DNA from: Flavobacteriales bacterium
GTDB lineage: Bacteria; Bacteroidota; Bacteroidia; UBA10329
DNA length: 64,000 bases
NCBI GenBank assembly: GCA_018402015.1
Contig: JAGYJL010000006.1
Location: forward strand, 5,889-69,888
Direction of reading: 5' to 3'
A program made the position numbers and the translations under genes. Below the pieces are notes generated by a model, which saw only the letters and a program-made list of their open reading frames with translations, did not search any database and had not been told where the DNA came from. Of the stretch, positions 44,870 through 54,928 are shown piece by piece; the first letter of the stretch is position 1, and every line of letters begins with the position of its first letter.

Positions 44870-45919
44870 TCAAATGTTTCTGACTTTCCGAATATGCTTG
44901 GCCAGCGTTGATTTGAGCTGAAGCTTCAGAATGGCGCCCATATTATCAAGGTCAAGGAAATGATCGTTAGAATGATGCTTGGCCAGATCTTCGCGTAGCT
45001 GTTTCACCTTTTCGGGCGTGGAAATGTTGTCCTCTTCCATGCAATCAATCAGGTCTTTTACGCGATAGCGCGATGCGATCAACCTTCTCGCGATCAATGA
45101 GCGTTCCTCGGCCTGATATTGTTTCACTGTTTTCTCATTGATCAACTGCATTCCCAATTCCACCAACGGAAAATTCTCTTTGAAAAACTGCGGTAGGTAA
45201 AGGTTCTTGCGGCCTTCGTAGCACTGTTGGTCAAAATCAATGGCGCGGATGCGGTACTGCACGTCATCGAAATCGGGAGTGATGTCAAGTACATAATTGT
45301 AACTGCGCATATCGCCCAAAAGCCGCACAAAACAGCGCTCGTTGAACTTTACAAACTCCTTTGCTAAACGGACTTTATTGGTCTGTTTGGTATTCATGAT
45401 GGTGTTGATGAACATATCGCCCGGAATGCCTGCAATGTGTTCCTCGATCAGTGTATTGCCATCTACATAATAACTGATGCGGTTAGGCGAGAGGAGGTGT
45501 TCCAATTCCAATCCATAAACCCGCGATGCATCAGCCGTTTTGATGTAGAAATAGTCGTAGTTGTCGTTGAATTTGTTGATGATCCGGATGCGGAACGGGT
45601 TCGAATTCCCGAACGAGCAATAATCAATGCGTTCCACATCCAAATGTTCCTGAGAGCTGAAATCACCCTCGTTCTTCAGCATTACATAGATGTAGGTCAA
45701 TGATCGGTAAAGCGCTTCGGTGCGCTTCGGTTCGTAGAAAACCGTTTCCCACAGCGTATCCCTTCCTTTCTTATCTAACAGTGGCGTGGCCAACTGATGC
45801 TCCAAAAGATCATCGTACACCAAGCCGAATTTCATTTCGCGGCCTTCCGACTTCAAGTACTTCCTCAGCGAAGGAATAATAGGAATGAAGTGTTTCTTTT
45901 TAGAGATATGGTTGCTCAC
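44870..45919 (-). CDS. conserved hypothetical protein with protein-kinase-like motif pattern
   Basis: This 349-aa protein contains YFYIKTAD, LELEHLL, LIEEHIAGIPG, LLGDMRSYNYVLDI and IRAIDFDQ. The order and spacing are reminiscent of the Lys / helix-C Glu / hinge / catalytic loop / metal-binding Asp of APH/choline-kinase-like folds. Confidence 0.45.
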   Translation of the reverse strand: MSNHISKKKHFIPIIPSLRKYLKSEGREMKFGLVYDDLLEHQLATPLLDKKGRDTLWETVFYEPKRTEALYRSLTYIYVMLKNEGDFSSQEHLDVERIDYCSFGNSNPFRIRIINKFNDNYDYFYIKTADASRVYGLELEHLLSPNRISYYVDGNTLIEEHIAGIPGDMFINTIMNTKQTNKVRLAKEFVKFNERCFVRLLGDMRSYNYVLDITPDFDDVQYRIRAIDFDQQCYEGRKNLYLPQFFKENFPLVELGMQLINEKTVKQYQAEERSLIARRLIASRYRVKDLIDCMEEDNISTPEKVKQLREDLAKHHSNDHFLDLDNMGAILKLQLKSTLAKHIRKVRNI

Positions 45920-46479
45920 AGTCCGTAAGATATGCGGATAACGGGAATGAAATAGAAATTCAGTTCGTTGCCAGAACGAAATGCAGTAGACTCAGCAGCT
46001 TCGAAACGGGAAGACAGCGTTTGGCCAATCCCGAAATTCGCATCCAGCGATAGCGCAAAGTGTTTGCCTAAAAGCGCTTCTACTCCAAAACCCACTTTAT
46101 AGAATAGGGCTGTTTTCTCGCTATTGTTGGTCCATTTGTAGTTGTAATGCACACCAACGGGAAAATAGAGTAGGGTAGCATTCTGGTTTTTGAACGGGTA
46201 CAATCGGTAATCTACTCCCAATCCAACATCTTGCTGCCGTGCCAGCGCATCCAACCTTCCGTAAAAGGGTGTAAACCCGAACCAATGCTGATGGTAGCGG
46301 AATGAATAATGAGGAGAAATGAAGTAGCTGAAATTAGAATTGAAACCTGTAATGGCAAAGCCTACGCCAACGCGGTGTTCGACCTGTTGGTTGAATTGAA
46401 TTTCTTCTTCAGCAACCTGACCAAGAGCAAGATTGGAGCAAAGAAGAAAACTACATATCGAGATTATCCAGCAGCGCAT
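45916..46479 (-). CDS. small outer-membrane beta-barrel protein (hypothetical)
   Basis: The signal peptide is MRCWIISICSFLLCSNLALGQ. The rest is aromatic-rich with alternating strands and ends in ...RISYGL. There is a 4-nt overlap with the downstream gene and a 29-nt overlap with the hutU 3' end. Confidence 0.55.
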   Translation of the reverse strand: MRCWIISICSFLLCSNLALGQVAEEEIQFNQQVEHRVGVGFAITGFNSNFSYFISPHYSFRYHQHWFGFTPFYGRLDALARQQDVGLGVDYRLYPFKNQNATLLYFPVGVHYNYKWTNNSEKTALFYKVGFGVEALLGKHFALSLDANFGIGQTLSSRFEAAESTAFRSGNELNFYFIPVIRISYGL

Positions 46480-48442
46480 TGTCCACGAAGTTAGGCAAAG
46501 TCACCTTCAGATTTGGCTCGGCTTCCATGGCACGTTTAATGGCGAAAACAGCACCTTCATTCCTTGCCCAACTTCGCCTTGAGATTCCGTTGTTCACATC
46601 CCAATGAAGCATCATTTTCAATCTGCGGTCGGCATCTTCAGAGCCGTCCAAAAGCATACCGAAACCACCGTTTATTACTTCGCCCCAACCAACACCGCCT
46701 CCATTGTGTAGGCTGATCCAAGTTGCTCCGCGAAACGCATCGCCCACAAAATTCTGCACGGCCATATCGGCCGTGAACTGCGAGCCATCGTAGATGTTGG
46801 AAGTCTCTCGGTAAGGCGAATCCGTTCCGGAAACATCATGATGGTCGCGACCCAGAACAACAGGTCCGATCTTCCCCTCTTTGATGGCTTTATTAAAAGC
46901 TGCCGCAATCTTCATTCTTCCTTCAGCATCGGCATAAAGGATTCGGGCCTGCGACCCGACCACGAGTTTATTCTGTTGCGCTTCGCGAACCCAAAGCAGA
47001 TTGTCTTGAAGTTGTCCTCGAATTTCTGATGGTGCATTCAAGAGCATTTCTTCAATCACCTGAGCGGCAATGGTGTCAGTGGTCTGTAGATCTTCTTCTT
47101 TGCCAGAAGCACAGACCCAGCGGAACGGCCCAAAACCGTAATCGAAACAAATCGGGCCAATAATATCTTGCACATAGCTTGAGTAGATGAAATTTCCATC
47201 TTCCTTCAGAATATCCGCGCCAGCACGACTGCTTTCCAACAAGAAGGCATTTCCATAATCGAAGAAATACATTCCGTTTTCTGCCAATTTATTGATGGCT
47301 GAAACCTGCCTGCGTAGTGTTTCCTGAACACGGGTTTTGAAAGCTTCAGGATCACTGGCCATCAAGGTATTGCTTTCCTCATAACTCAATCCAACGGGAT
47401 AATAACCACCCGCCCAAGGATTGTGTAATGAAGTTTGGTCGGAACCTAGATCGACTTTGATATTCCGTTCGGCCAATCGTTCCCATAGGTCAACCACGTT
47501 GCCAACGAAAGCAATGCTTCGGGCTTTTTTATCTGCTTGAAATACGAGTGCTGTTTCAATGCACAGATCCACATCGTGAATCAACTCATCTACCCAACCT
47601 TGCGAGTGCCTTTTTTTTGCCGCTACTGGATTGATCTCCGCACAAATGGTAACTACTCCAGCAATATTTCCAGCCTTTGGTTGCGCGCCACTCATGCCGC
47701 CAAGTCCAGAAGTCACAAACAATGGAACGCGGTCTTCTGCGCCAATCTTGCGTTTGGCATTCAGAACGGTTATGGTGGTTCCGTGTACAATTCCTTGCGG
47801 ACCGATATACATATACGAACCAGCCGTCATCTGCCCGTATTGCGTAACTCCTAAAGCATTGAATTTCTCCCAATCGTCAGGCTTGCTATAATTCGGAATC
47901 ATCATGCCGTTGGTAACCACAACTCTTGGTGCGTCCTTGTGGCTGGGAAATAACCCCATCGGATGACCGCTGTACATGGCCAATGTTTGCTCTTCGGTCA
48001 TTTCCGATAGGTACTTCATGGTCAAACGGTACTGCGCCCAATTCTGGAAAACAGCACCGTTTCCACCGTAGGTGATCAATTCTTGCGGATGCTGCGCCAC
48101 GGCCGGATCTAAGTTGTTCTGAATCATCAGCATAATGGCAGCGGCTTGCTGACATTTGGCCGGATATTCAGAAATAGGTCGCGCAACCATTTCATATGAG
48201 GGCATGAAACGGTACATGTAAATGCGGCCGTAAGCGTTCAGTTCTTCTCGGAATTCTTCAATGAGTTCGGCATGCCATTCTTGTGGAAAATAGCGCAGTG
48301 CGTTACGTAACGCCAATTTTTTCTCTTCGGTATTGAGAATTTCTTTTCGGTTGGGAGCGTGACTGAGTTTCGGATCGCGCGCGTTCTTTGGCGGTAATTG
48401 GGCTGGTATGCCTTCGGCCACCTTTGCTCTGAAGTCCATCAA
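46451..48442 (-). CDS. hutU: urocanate hydratase (long form)
   Basis: This 663-aa protein has the blocks GGMSGAQPKA, WVDE, GPFRWVC and HHDVSGTDSPYRETSN. Confidence 0.9.
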   Translation of the reverse strand: MMDFRAKVAEGIPAQLPPKNARDPKLSHAPNRKEILNTEEKKLALRNALRYFPQEWHAELIEEFREELNAYGRIYMYRFMPSYEMVARPISEYPAKCQQAAAIMLMIQNNLDPAVAQHPQELITYGGNGAVFQNWAQYRLTMKYLSEMTEEQTLAMYSGHPMGLFPSHKDAPRVVVTNGMMIPNYSKPDDWEKFNALGVTQYGQMTAGSYMYIGPQGIVHGTTITVLNAKRKIGAEDRVPLFVTSGLGGMSGAQPKAGNIAGVVTICAEINPVAAKKRHSQGWVDELIHDVDLCIETALVFQADKKARSIAFVGNVVDLWERLAERNIKVDLGSDQTSLHNPWAGGYYPVGLSYEESNTLMASDPEAFKTRVQETLRRQVSAINKLAENGMYFFDYGNAFLLESSRAGADILKEDGNFIYSSYVQDIIGPICFDYGFGPFRWVCASGKEEDLQTTDTIAAQVIEEMLLNAPSEIRGQLQDNLLWVREAQQNKLVVGSQARILYADAEGRMKIAAAFNKAIKEGKIGPVVLGRDHHDVSGTDSPYRETSNIYDGSQFTADMAVQNFVGDAFRGATWISLHNGGGVGWGEVINGGFGMLLDGSEDADRRLKMMLHWDVNNGISRRSWARNEGAVFAIKRAMEAEPNLKVTLPNFVDNALLDNLDM

Positions 48443-48512
48443 TGCGTTAAAGTTTCACGGTTTAAGGTTCAAAGATGAGGAATCATCTCATCTTCAAATA
48501 ATGAGACGGACC

Positions 48513-48779
48513 TTACTTTTTCTCAATTCGCCCCGATTTCTTATTGAAACCATACGGGCAATGCTTGCAGCTGTTCTTGCAGCAATAACCTCTTTTCAGA
48601 AGATATTTTTCTGTAAACACGATGTACCCTTCTTTCGAGTAATAGAAGTCATCTGGTTCCAAGCTTGGTCTACCGAAATAATCGTCCACTTCGTTCACGT
48701 TTGCAAGGTAAACAACAATGATGGCGAAGAGTTGCAATTCATTTACTTTGAAGTGATGATTCCTACAAACGAACAGCAA
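48513..48779 (-). CDS. DUF5522-like Cys-rich small protein
   Basis: EPDDFYYSKEGYIVFTEKYLLKRGYCCKNSCKHCPYG. The ATG at 48779 overlaps the divergent gene, so an in-frame GTG at 48698 is a plausible true start. Confidence 0.6.
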   Translation of the reverse strand: MLFVCRNHHFKVNELQLFAIIVVYLANVNEVDDYFGRPSLEPDDFYYSKEGYIVFTEKYLLKRGYCCKNSCKHCPYGFNKKSGRIEKK

Positions 48780-49679
48780 TTTTCTCTAGCTACAGTTCAA
48801 GAAGTCAGCGATTTTGCGCTTGTAGAAAGCGGAATTCGTTTGCTTATCAAACGCGATGACCTGATCCATGAGCATATCAGCGGCAACAAGTGGCGTAAAT
48901 TGAAATACAATCTTTCGGAAGCTGTTCAGCAGAATCATCACACACTTCTAACCTTTGGCGGAACTTACAGCAATCACATTGCAGCAACAGCATTTGCAGC
49001 TGAGAAAGCAGGTTTTTCAAGTATTGGGGTTATTCGGGGAGAAGATGATGCTAGCAATCCGACAATGAAATTCGCTCGCGAACATGGAATGCAATTGTAT
49101 TTCGTTTCACGAGAAGATTATCGCAAGAAAAACGATGACGATTTCATTAACGGGTTGGAAGAAAAATTCGGACGATTTTTTCTGATTCCAGAAGGAGGAG
49201 CAAACGGTTTGGGCGTTCGAGGTTGTGCCGAGATTCTGCCAGAAATTAAAGAAGATTTTGACGTGGTCTGCAGCGTAGCTGGAACAGGAACCACACTCGC
49301 GGGATTGTCCATTTCGCTGAGAGAGAACCAAAAATTGCTTGGCTTTCCTGCATTGAAAGGGGCTGATTTCCTTTCGGGAGAGATAGAAAGATTGATGGGA
49401 GAATCGGGATTGAGGCCACCGTCAACCATCAACCATCAACTGATAACAGATTACCACTTTGGTGGTTATGCCAAGATGAAGCCTGATCTGCTTGAATTCA
49501 TCCAAGGATTTACCGAGCGCACGGGCATTCCGCTCGACCCGATCTATACCGGAAAAATGATGTTCGGTATTTACGACCTGATCAGAAATGGATTCTTCCC
49601 GAAACGAACGGTCATTCTGGCCATTCACTCAGGAGGCCTTCAGGGTTGGCTAGGTATGAAGCATAGGAACTTGGTCTGA
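48756..49679 (+). CDS. PLP-dependent ACC deaminase / D-cysteine desulfhydrase family protein
   Basis: It has the motifs IKRDDLIHEHISGNKWRKLKY, GGTYSNHIAATA and PEGGAN. The start is ATG 48756. The long N-terminal extension in the track ORF is spurious. Confidence 0.8.
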   Translation: MIPTNEQQFSLATVQEVSDFALVESGIRLLIKRDDLIHEHISGNKWRKLKYNLSEAVQQNHHTLLTFGGTYSNHIAATAFAAEKAGFSSIGVIRGEDDASNPTMKFAREHGMQLYFVSREDYRKKNDDDFINGLEEKFGRFFLIPEGGANGLGVRGCAEILPEIKEDFDVVCSVAGTGTTLAGLSISLRENQKLLGFPALKGADFLSGEIERLMGESGLRPPSTINHQLITDYHFGGYAKMKPDLLEFIQGFTERTGIPLDPIYTGKMMFGIYDLIRNGFFPKRTVILAIHSGGLQGWLGMKHRNLV

Positions 49680-49751
49680 TCAACACAGTTGTGTGCAAAA
49701 CATAGGTCTGATTTAAACGTTAACCACAACGTGGCATCTAATTTTGAGCAC

Positions 49752-50735
49752 ATGCGCGGCTTTCTGTCATATCTATTCATTGCCATCCAATTTGTGGCGG
49801 CTGCACAAAGCAGTAATCGACCCGGTGAGAAACTTACCAGACAGGATTACATTGAAATGTACGCACCGTTTGCCGTTCAGGAAATGCTGATAAGTGGCGT
49901 TCCGGCCAGCATTACTTTGGCTCAAGGCATTCTTGAAAGTGGCGATGGAAACAGCACGCTTGCGCGAGAGGCAAAGAATCATTTCGGCATCAAATGCCAT
50001 GGTATGTGGGAAGGCAAGAAATATCATATGGACGATGATGCCAAGGGCGAGTGTTTCAGGGTTTACGAAACGGTTTTTGATAGCTATCGCGATCATTCCG
50101 AATTTCTGAGTTCAAGAGACAGATATGCTGAGTTGTTTGAGCTGCGCAGAACAGATTACAAAGGTTGGGCGCACGGGCTCAAGAAGGCAGGTTATGCTAC
50201 CAATCCGAAGTATCCGCAACTGCTGATCAAGATCATTGAGGAGAATGACCTCTCCAAATTCGATCGGATGAAATCGCCACCGAAAGGAAAGTTGCCGGTG
50301 CAACAAGAGCAAAAACCGGTTAAAGGAAAAGACAAGCCCAACTCATCCATACCGAATGAAGCCATTGTATCAACACAACAACGGCAAATGTACCTGCGCA
50401 ACGATGTGCGATATGTTCGGGTTCAGGAAGGCGATACATACAAATCGCTAGAGCGGATGTTGCAGGTACGCGAATGGCAAGTATTGAACTATAACGATAA
50501 GGCCAAGGGGTCGCCATTGGTGCCAGGAGAGATCATTTACTTGCAACCCAAGCGTAACAAGAACACCCAAAAGGACTACCATTTTGTTGCCGAAGGAGAA
50601 ACCTTACGATGGATATCGCAAGAGTACGGTGTAAAAATTAAGAGCCTCTACAAGTACAACGAACTGAATCTTGGTGAAGAACCAGCCGTTGGCAAGAAAG
50701 TTTGGCTTAGAAAGCGCAAACGCAGCGACTACTGA
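49752..50735 (+). CDS. glucosaminidase-domain peptidoglycan hydrolase with C-terminal LysM domains
   Basis: It has ITLAQGILESGDGNSTLAREAKNHFGIK...YATNPKYPQLLIKIIEE, followed by two LysM-like segments (YVRVQEGDTYKSL..., HFVAEGETLRWISQEYGV). Confidence 0.8.
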   Translation: MRGFLSYLFIAIQFVAAAQSSNRPGEKLTRQDYIEMYAPFAVQEMLISGVPASITLAQGILESGDGNSTLAREAKNHFGIKCHGMWEGKKYHMDDDAKGECFRVYETVFDSYRDHSEFLSSRDRYAELFELRRTDYKGWAHGLKKAGYATNPKYPQLLIKIIEENDLSKFDRMKSPPKGKLPVQQEQKPVKGKDKPNSSIPNEAIVSTQQRQMYLRNDVRYVRVQEGDTYKSLERMLQVREWQVLNYNDKAKGSPLVPGEIIYLQPKRNKNTQKDYHFVAEGETLRWISQEYGVKIKSLYKYNELNLGEEPAVGKKVWLRKRKRSDY

Positions 50736-52079
50736 TCAGACGCCCGTGTAGTTGAAGGGCGTTATAGTGCGCATCTCTGCCTTTACCGAATCTGACACAT
50801 TTAACGAGTCTATGAATTCAAGCATAGCTTTCTCATCCAACTTGGCATTCGTTCTGCTGAATGCTTTTAACGCTTCATACGGTTTGGGATAACCCTCTCT
50901 TCTCAGAATGGTCTGAATGGCCTCCGCCACCACAACCCAGTTGTTCTGCAGTTCTGTACGAATGTTGTCCTCATTGATCAATAGCTTATCCAAACCACGA
51001 AGCGTAGAACGGAAAGCAATGAGTGTGTATCCTAAGGGCACTCCAATGTTTCTAAGAACCGTGCTATCTGTGAGGTCGCGCTGCAAACGAGAAACAGGAA
51101 GCTTCTCTGCCAAATGACCGAAAAGCGCATTTGCAAGTCCGATGTTTCCTTCAGAATTCTCAAAATCGATCGGGTTTACCTTATGTGGCATGGCCGAAGA
51201 CCCGACTTCGCCCTCTTTTATCCGCTGCTTGAAAAGATCGTTAGAAACATAGGTCCAAACGTCACGGTCCAGGTCGAGAATGATTGTATTTATTCTTCGC
51301 AATGCATCGCACCACGCAGCAATATTATCGTAATGCTCAATCTGTGTGGTGGTCTGCGAACGGTCCAGGCCAAGTGTTTCATTCACGAACCTGTTTCCGA
51401 AATCCACCCAACTCAATTGAGGGTACGCAACTTGATGTGCGTTGAAATTTCCCGTAGCTCCACCGAATTTTGCCGAGAATGGAACAGCTAGCAATTGCTT
51501 TTTCTGTGCTTCCAATCGCTCTACAAAAACATAAACTTCCTTTCCCATTCTGGTTGGAGAAGCTGGCTGACCGTGCGTTCTGGCCAACAACGGAATATCC
51601 TTCCATTCTGTGGCCAAGGAATTCAGTTTAGCTATCAACTCATTCAAAAGCGGAAGATACACCTGCTCTGTAGCCTCTTTCATCATCAGAGGCGTAGCCG
51701 TGTTGTTTATGTCCTGGCTGGTCAATCCGAAATGCACGAACTCCATTTGGTTGCCAATACCAAGCGTTTCCATTTTTTCTTTGATGAGATATTCCACCGC
51801 TTTCACATCGTGATTGGTGGTTTTCTCAATTTCCTTTACACGCTGTGTGTCAGTTTCAGAGATCTCGGAATAGATTTTTCTGAGCGTTGGAAAAAGAGAT
51901 TTGTCAAAACCTTGCAACTGAGGTAAAGGCAGTTCGCAAAGTTGAATGAAGTACTCTATTTCTACACGCACACGGTAGCGTATCAGCGCAGCTTCGGAGA
52001 AAAATTCAGAAAGAGATTCGGTATGTCGTCTGTAGCGTCCGTCTATTGGAGAAACGGCCGTAAGAACATTCAGTTCCAT
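50736..52079 (-). CDS. purB: adenylosuccinate lyase
   Basis: It starts MELNVLTAVSPIDGRYRR and has the blocks TSQDINNTA, HGQPASPT and GSSAMPHKVNP. The start is ATG 52079. Confidence 0.9.
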   Translation of the reverse strand: MELNVLTAVSPIDGRYRRHTESLSEFFSEAALIRYRVRVEIEYFIQLCELPLPQLQGFDKSLFPTLRKIYSEISETDTQRVKEIEKTTNHDVKAVEYLIKEKMETLGIGNQMEFVHFGLTSQDINNTATPLMMKEATEQVYLPLLNELIAKLNSLATEWKDIPLLARTHGQPASPTRMGKEVYVFVERLEAQKKQLLAVPFSAKFGGATGNFNAHQVAYPQLSWVDFGNRFVNETLGLDRSQTTTQIEHYDNIAAWCDALRRINTIILDLDRDVWTYVSNDLFKQRIKEGEVGSSAMPHKVNPIDFENSEGNIGLANALFGHLAEKLPVSRLQRDLTDSTVLRNIGVPLGYTLIAFRSTLRGLDKLLINEDNIRTELQNNWVVVAEAIQTILRREGYPKPYEALKAFSRTNAKLDEKAMLEFIDSLNVSDSVKAEMRTITPFNYTGV

Positions 52080-52112
52080 AGGTTGTTGCTTAAGGCGCGA
52101 ATTTAGCGATTT

Positions 52113-52883
52113 TTGAGCCGCAACTTTTTCCGTTTGGAATACCCAATAAAGATATCTGCTGTATCCTATTCGAATACTGTTCCATTCATTTATGGGCTTC
52201 GTAATCATGCTATTATCAAACAGATCGACCTATCGCTTGATAATCCTGCAGATTGTGCTTCAAAGTTGTTGAATAAAGAAGTGGATCTTGGTCTGGTTCC
52301 CGTAGCCATTATCCCTCAATTACTGGACCCACATATCGTATCTGATTTTTGCATAGGTGCCGATGGTGCGGTTGAAACCGTTTGTCTTTTCAGCGATGTT
52401 CCTTTGAATGAGATACAGGAAGTGCTGTTGGATTATCAGTCCAGAACCTCGGTGCAATTGGTCCGATACTTGGCCGAGAACAGTTGGCATATCTCCCCAA
52501 AATGGACAAGCGCAAGTGCCGATTTTATCCAAGAAATTGGAGGAACAACTGCTGGGGTTGTTATTGGCGATCGGGCTTTCGACCTTTTGCAGAAACATCG
52601 TTACGTTATTGATCTATCGGAAGAATGGAAGAAGCACACAGGGCTTCCGTTCGTGTTTGCGTGCTGGGTAAGTAGAAGGGAATTATCACCGGATTTCGTC
52701 TCGGAATTTAACCGAGCGTTGAGTTCCGGTCTGGAAAATCGGGAAAAAGCTGTTGCAGAATCTGGAGTTTCCTCTGCTCACGATCTGGTACGATATGTGC
52801 AAAATGTGATCAGCTATGATCTAGATGATAAAAAGCGTCTTGCAATGAAACTTTTTCTCGACTGGATGAGTAAGTCAGGGTAG
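52113..52883 (+). CDS. mqnA: chorismate dehydratase (futalosine-pathway menaquinone biosynthesis, MqnA)
   Basis: It has the motifs KISAVSYSNTVPFIYGL and LDNPADCASKLLNKEVDLGLVP. The start is uncertain: TTG 52113 or TTG 52134, with no ATG. Confidence 0.7.
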   Translation: MSRNFFRLEYPIKISAVSYSNTVPFIYGLRNHAIIKQIDLSLDNPADCASKLLNKEVDLGLVPVAIIPQLLDPHIVSDFCIGADGAVETVCLFSDVPLNEIQEVLLDYQSRTSVQLVRYLAENSWHISPKWTSASADFIQEIGGTTAGVVIGDRAFDLLQKHRYVIDLSEEWKKHTGLPFVFACWVSRRELSPDFVSEFNRALSSGLENREKAVAESGVSSAHDLVRYVQNVISYDLDDKKRLAMKLFLDWMSKSG

Positions 52884-52959
52884 GCTGTTGAAATCATCCT
52901 TCAGCGATAGACTTTTGCAGTAATCCGAATACGTAATTTAGACACAAACGAACTTATAA

Positions 52960-54342
52960 ATGAGAACGATAATTCTTCTGTCAGCCATTATTCTGTACGT
53001 TTTTGGTACTCAAAACACCGCTTCGGCACAATTGCTTGGTGGCCCAGATAAGATCAAAATGATGCAGGCAAAGGCCAGCATGACAGAGGAAGACTATAAT
53101 GGAGCACTTCGTATTTACAGAGCGCTTTATACGGAGCACGGAACAGACGGAATGCTGAACTATCGAATGGCAGAATGCTATTTGGCACTGAAACAAGGTC
53201 AGGATGCATTGGCTTACTTACAGAAGGCGAAAGAAGCCGACCCTGCAATTGATAAGGAATTGGAATACAACACTGCTTTGGCATACCGAATGATTGCCGA
53301 TCAGGAAAATGCGATCGTACATCTGAATGCATATTTGGCAAACGACAAGCTGGCCAAGTTTGATAAGGAGAAAGCCGAAACGCTGAAAGCAAAGTGCGAA
53401 GCCACAATTAAAATGATGTCGGAGCCTGTTGATGTGGTGATCACTTCGGCCGGAGCGGGAATCAATACGGACGATAATCACGAGTATCATCCTTCAGTAA
53501 CAGCAGATGGTAAGATCATGGTTTTTACATCGCGTAGATCGGATACCGAAGGTGGAAAACGCTACGATGGAGATGATGATTGGTACGAGGATGTTTACAT
53601 CAGCTACTGGAGCGATAGTTTGAAAGGATGGGCCCCTGCGGTTCCAATTCCTGGAGCTATCAACACAGAAGGACATGATGCCAACTTGAGCATTTCGCCC
53701 GATGGTAGACAACTCTTTACGTTCCGAAATCAGAATGCGGGAGACATTTTCGTGTCAAAGACAAGAATGAATAAGAATGCATCAGAAGCTGTTGCAGATG
53801 GGTCTCCAGATGCAGCTAGATTGATAAGCCTTAACCGTTGGTCCAAAGCCTATTCGTTGGGAGCCAACGTTAACAGCGGTTATTTCGATAGTAATGCTTC
53901 CGTGTCTGCAGATGGTAAGTACATCTACTTCATATCAGAAAGACCGAAAGGAAAAGGCAACGGAGATATTTGGATGTCTCGAGCTGTTTCTACCACCAAA
54001 TGGGAATCTGCTGAGAACATAAAAGAGTTGAATTCCATTGAAGACGAAAAAAGTGTTTTTATCGCTTCTGATGGCAAAACGGTTTTCTTTAGCAGTAAAG
54101 GGCACAGCAACATGGGCGGCTACGACATTTTCATGTCTGTAAGGGGCGAAGATGGAGTTTGGAGCGAGCCTAAGAATTTGGGTTATCCGATAAACACACC
54201 AGGAGACGAGGTTGATTTTACCTTAACGGCCGATGGAAAAACAGCTTACTACAGCACCAAGTCTTCTGCCAACGGTAAGTTCGATATTATGATGATCGAC
54301 CTGAGTAAGTATCCGCTCATTTCGGCAACAGCGCCAAAGTGA
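52960..54342 (+). CDS. TPR repeat + WD40-like (PD40/TolB-type) beta-propeller periplasmic protein
   Basis: It has a signal peptide and TPR-like helices (YNGALRIYRALY, YRMAECYLALKQGQDAL). Repeated E..PS.S.DG...FTS/ISERP and D.W motifs are typical of PD40 blades. Confidence 0.65.
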   Translation: MRTIILLSAIILYVFGTQNTASAQLLGGPDKIKMMQAKASMTEEDYNGALRIYRALYTEHGTDGMLNYRMAECYLALKQGQDALAYLQKAKEADPAIDKELEYNTALAYRMIADQENAIVHLNAYLANDKLAKFDKEKAETLKAKCEATIKMMSEPVDVVITSAGAGINTDDNHEYHPSVTADGKIMVFTSRRSDTEGGKRYDGDDDWYEDVYISYWSDSLKGWAPAVPIPGAINTEGHDANLSISPDGRQLFTFRNQNAGDIFVSKTRMNKNASEAVADGSPDAARLISLNRWSKAYSLGANVNSGYFDSNASVSADGKYIYFISERPKGKGNGDIWMSRAVSTTKWESAENIKELNSIEDEKSVFIASDGKTVFFSSKGHSNMGGYDIFMSVRGEDGVWSEPKNLGYPINTPGDEVDFTLTADGKTAYYSTKSSANGKFDIMMIDLSKYPLISATAPK

Positions 54343-54363
54343 TCGTAGCGGTCTGCCAGTAAA

Positions 54364-54882
54364 TTACTGGTAGTTCGTTTCGTCCGAAACTTTCTCCAAC
54401 TCGCTTTTTTCTAAAAGGCTATCCAAAAACTTTTCGAACGCTCTTAGATTATCTGGTGGGTTTCTCCTGTTGATCACCGTCTTTTTTACACCGTTCAGAT
54501 TCACTTCCGTGATGCACGAAGGAAAATCGGTTATGGGTGTTGGGTAGAGGCTATCAAGCCCATAGTAATCGTATTCAGCAATATTCTTCTTAATGTCAAG
54601 AACGTCTTCTTCGCTAAGCAGTGCCTTGTAGGTTCCTATATTGTCAACAAACCTTCTTCCGATGTACACAACTTCACCATTATCCATGAACGTTGCTTTG
54701 TACATCGGACACTGCCCGTAGCAGGCGGTGCGCTGTATGGTTGCCAACATTTGAGGTTCAGTTTGCATAGCAGATTCTGTGTTTGAAGATGCGGAAGCAG
54801 TGGTTGTTTCTTTACTGCTTTTGCAACTGAAGATCGATAGGCTAAGAGCGCAGATCAATGCGAGCGGAAGTACGTGTTTCAT
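54364..54882 (-). CDS. DUF6438-like lipoprotein
   Basis: The lipobox is LSIFSC. It is followed by RTACYGQCPMYKATFMDNGEVVY. The start is ATG 54882; the upstream part of the track ORF overlaps yidC. Confidence 0.6.
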   Translation of the reverse strand: MKHVLPLALICALSLSIFSCKSSKETTTASASSNTESAMQTEPQMLATIQRTACYGQCPMYKATFMDNGEVVYIGRRFVDNIGTYKALLSEEDVLDIKKNIAEYDYYGLDSLYPTPITDFPSCITEVNLNGVKKTVINRRNPPDNLRAFEKFLDSLLEKSELEKVSDETNYQ

Positions 54883-54928
54883 TTTATTTCGATTTGAATG
54901 GAACAACACAAAAACCCGACCAAGAGAA

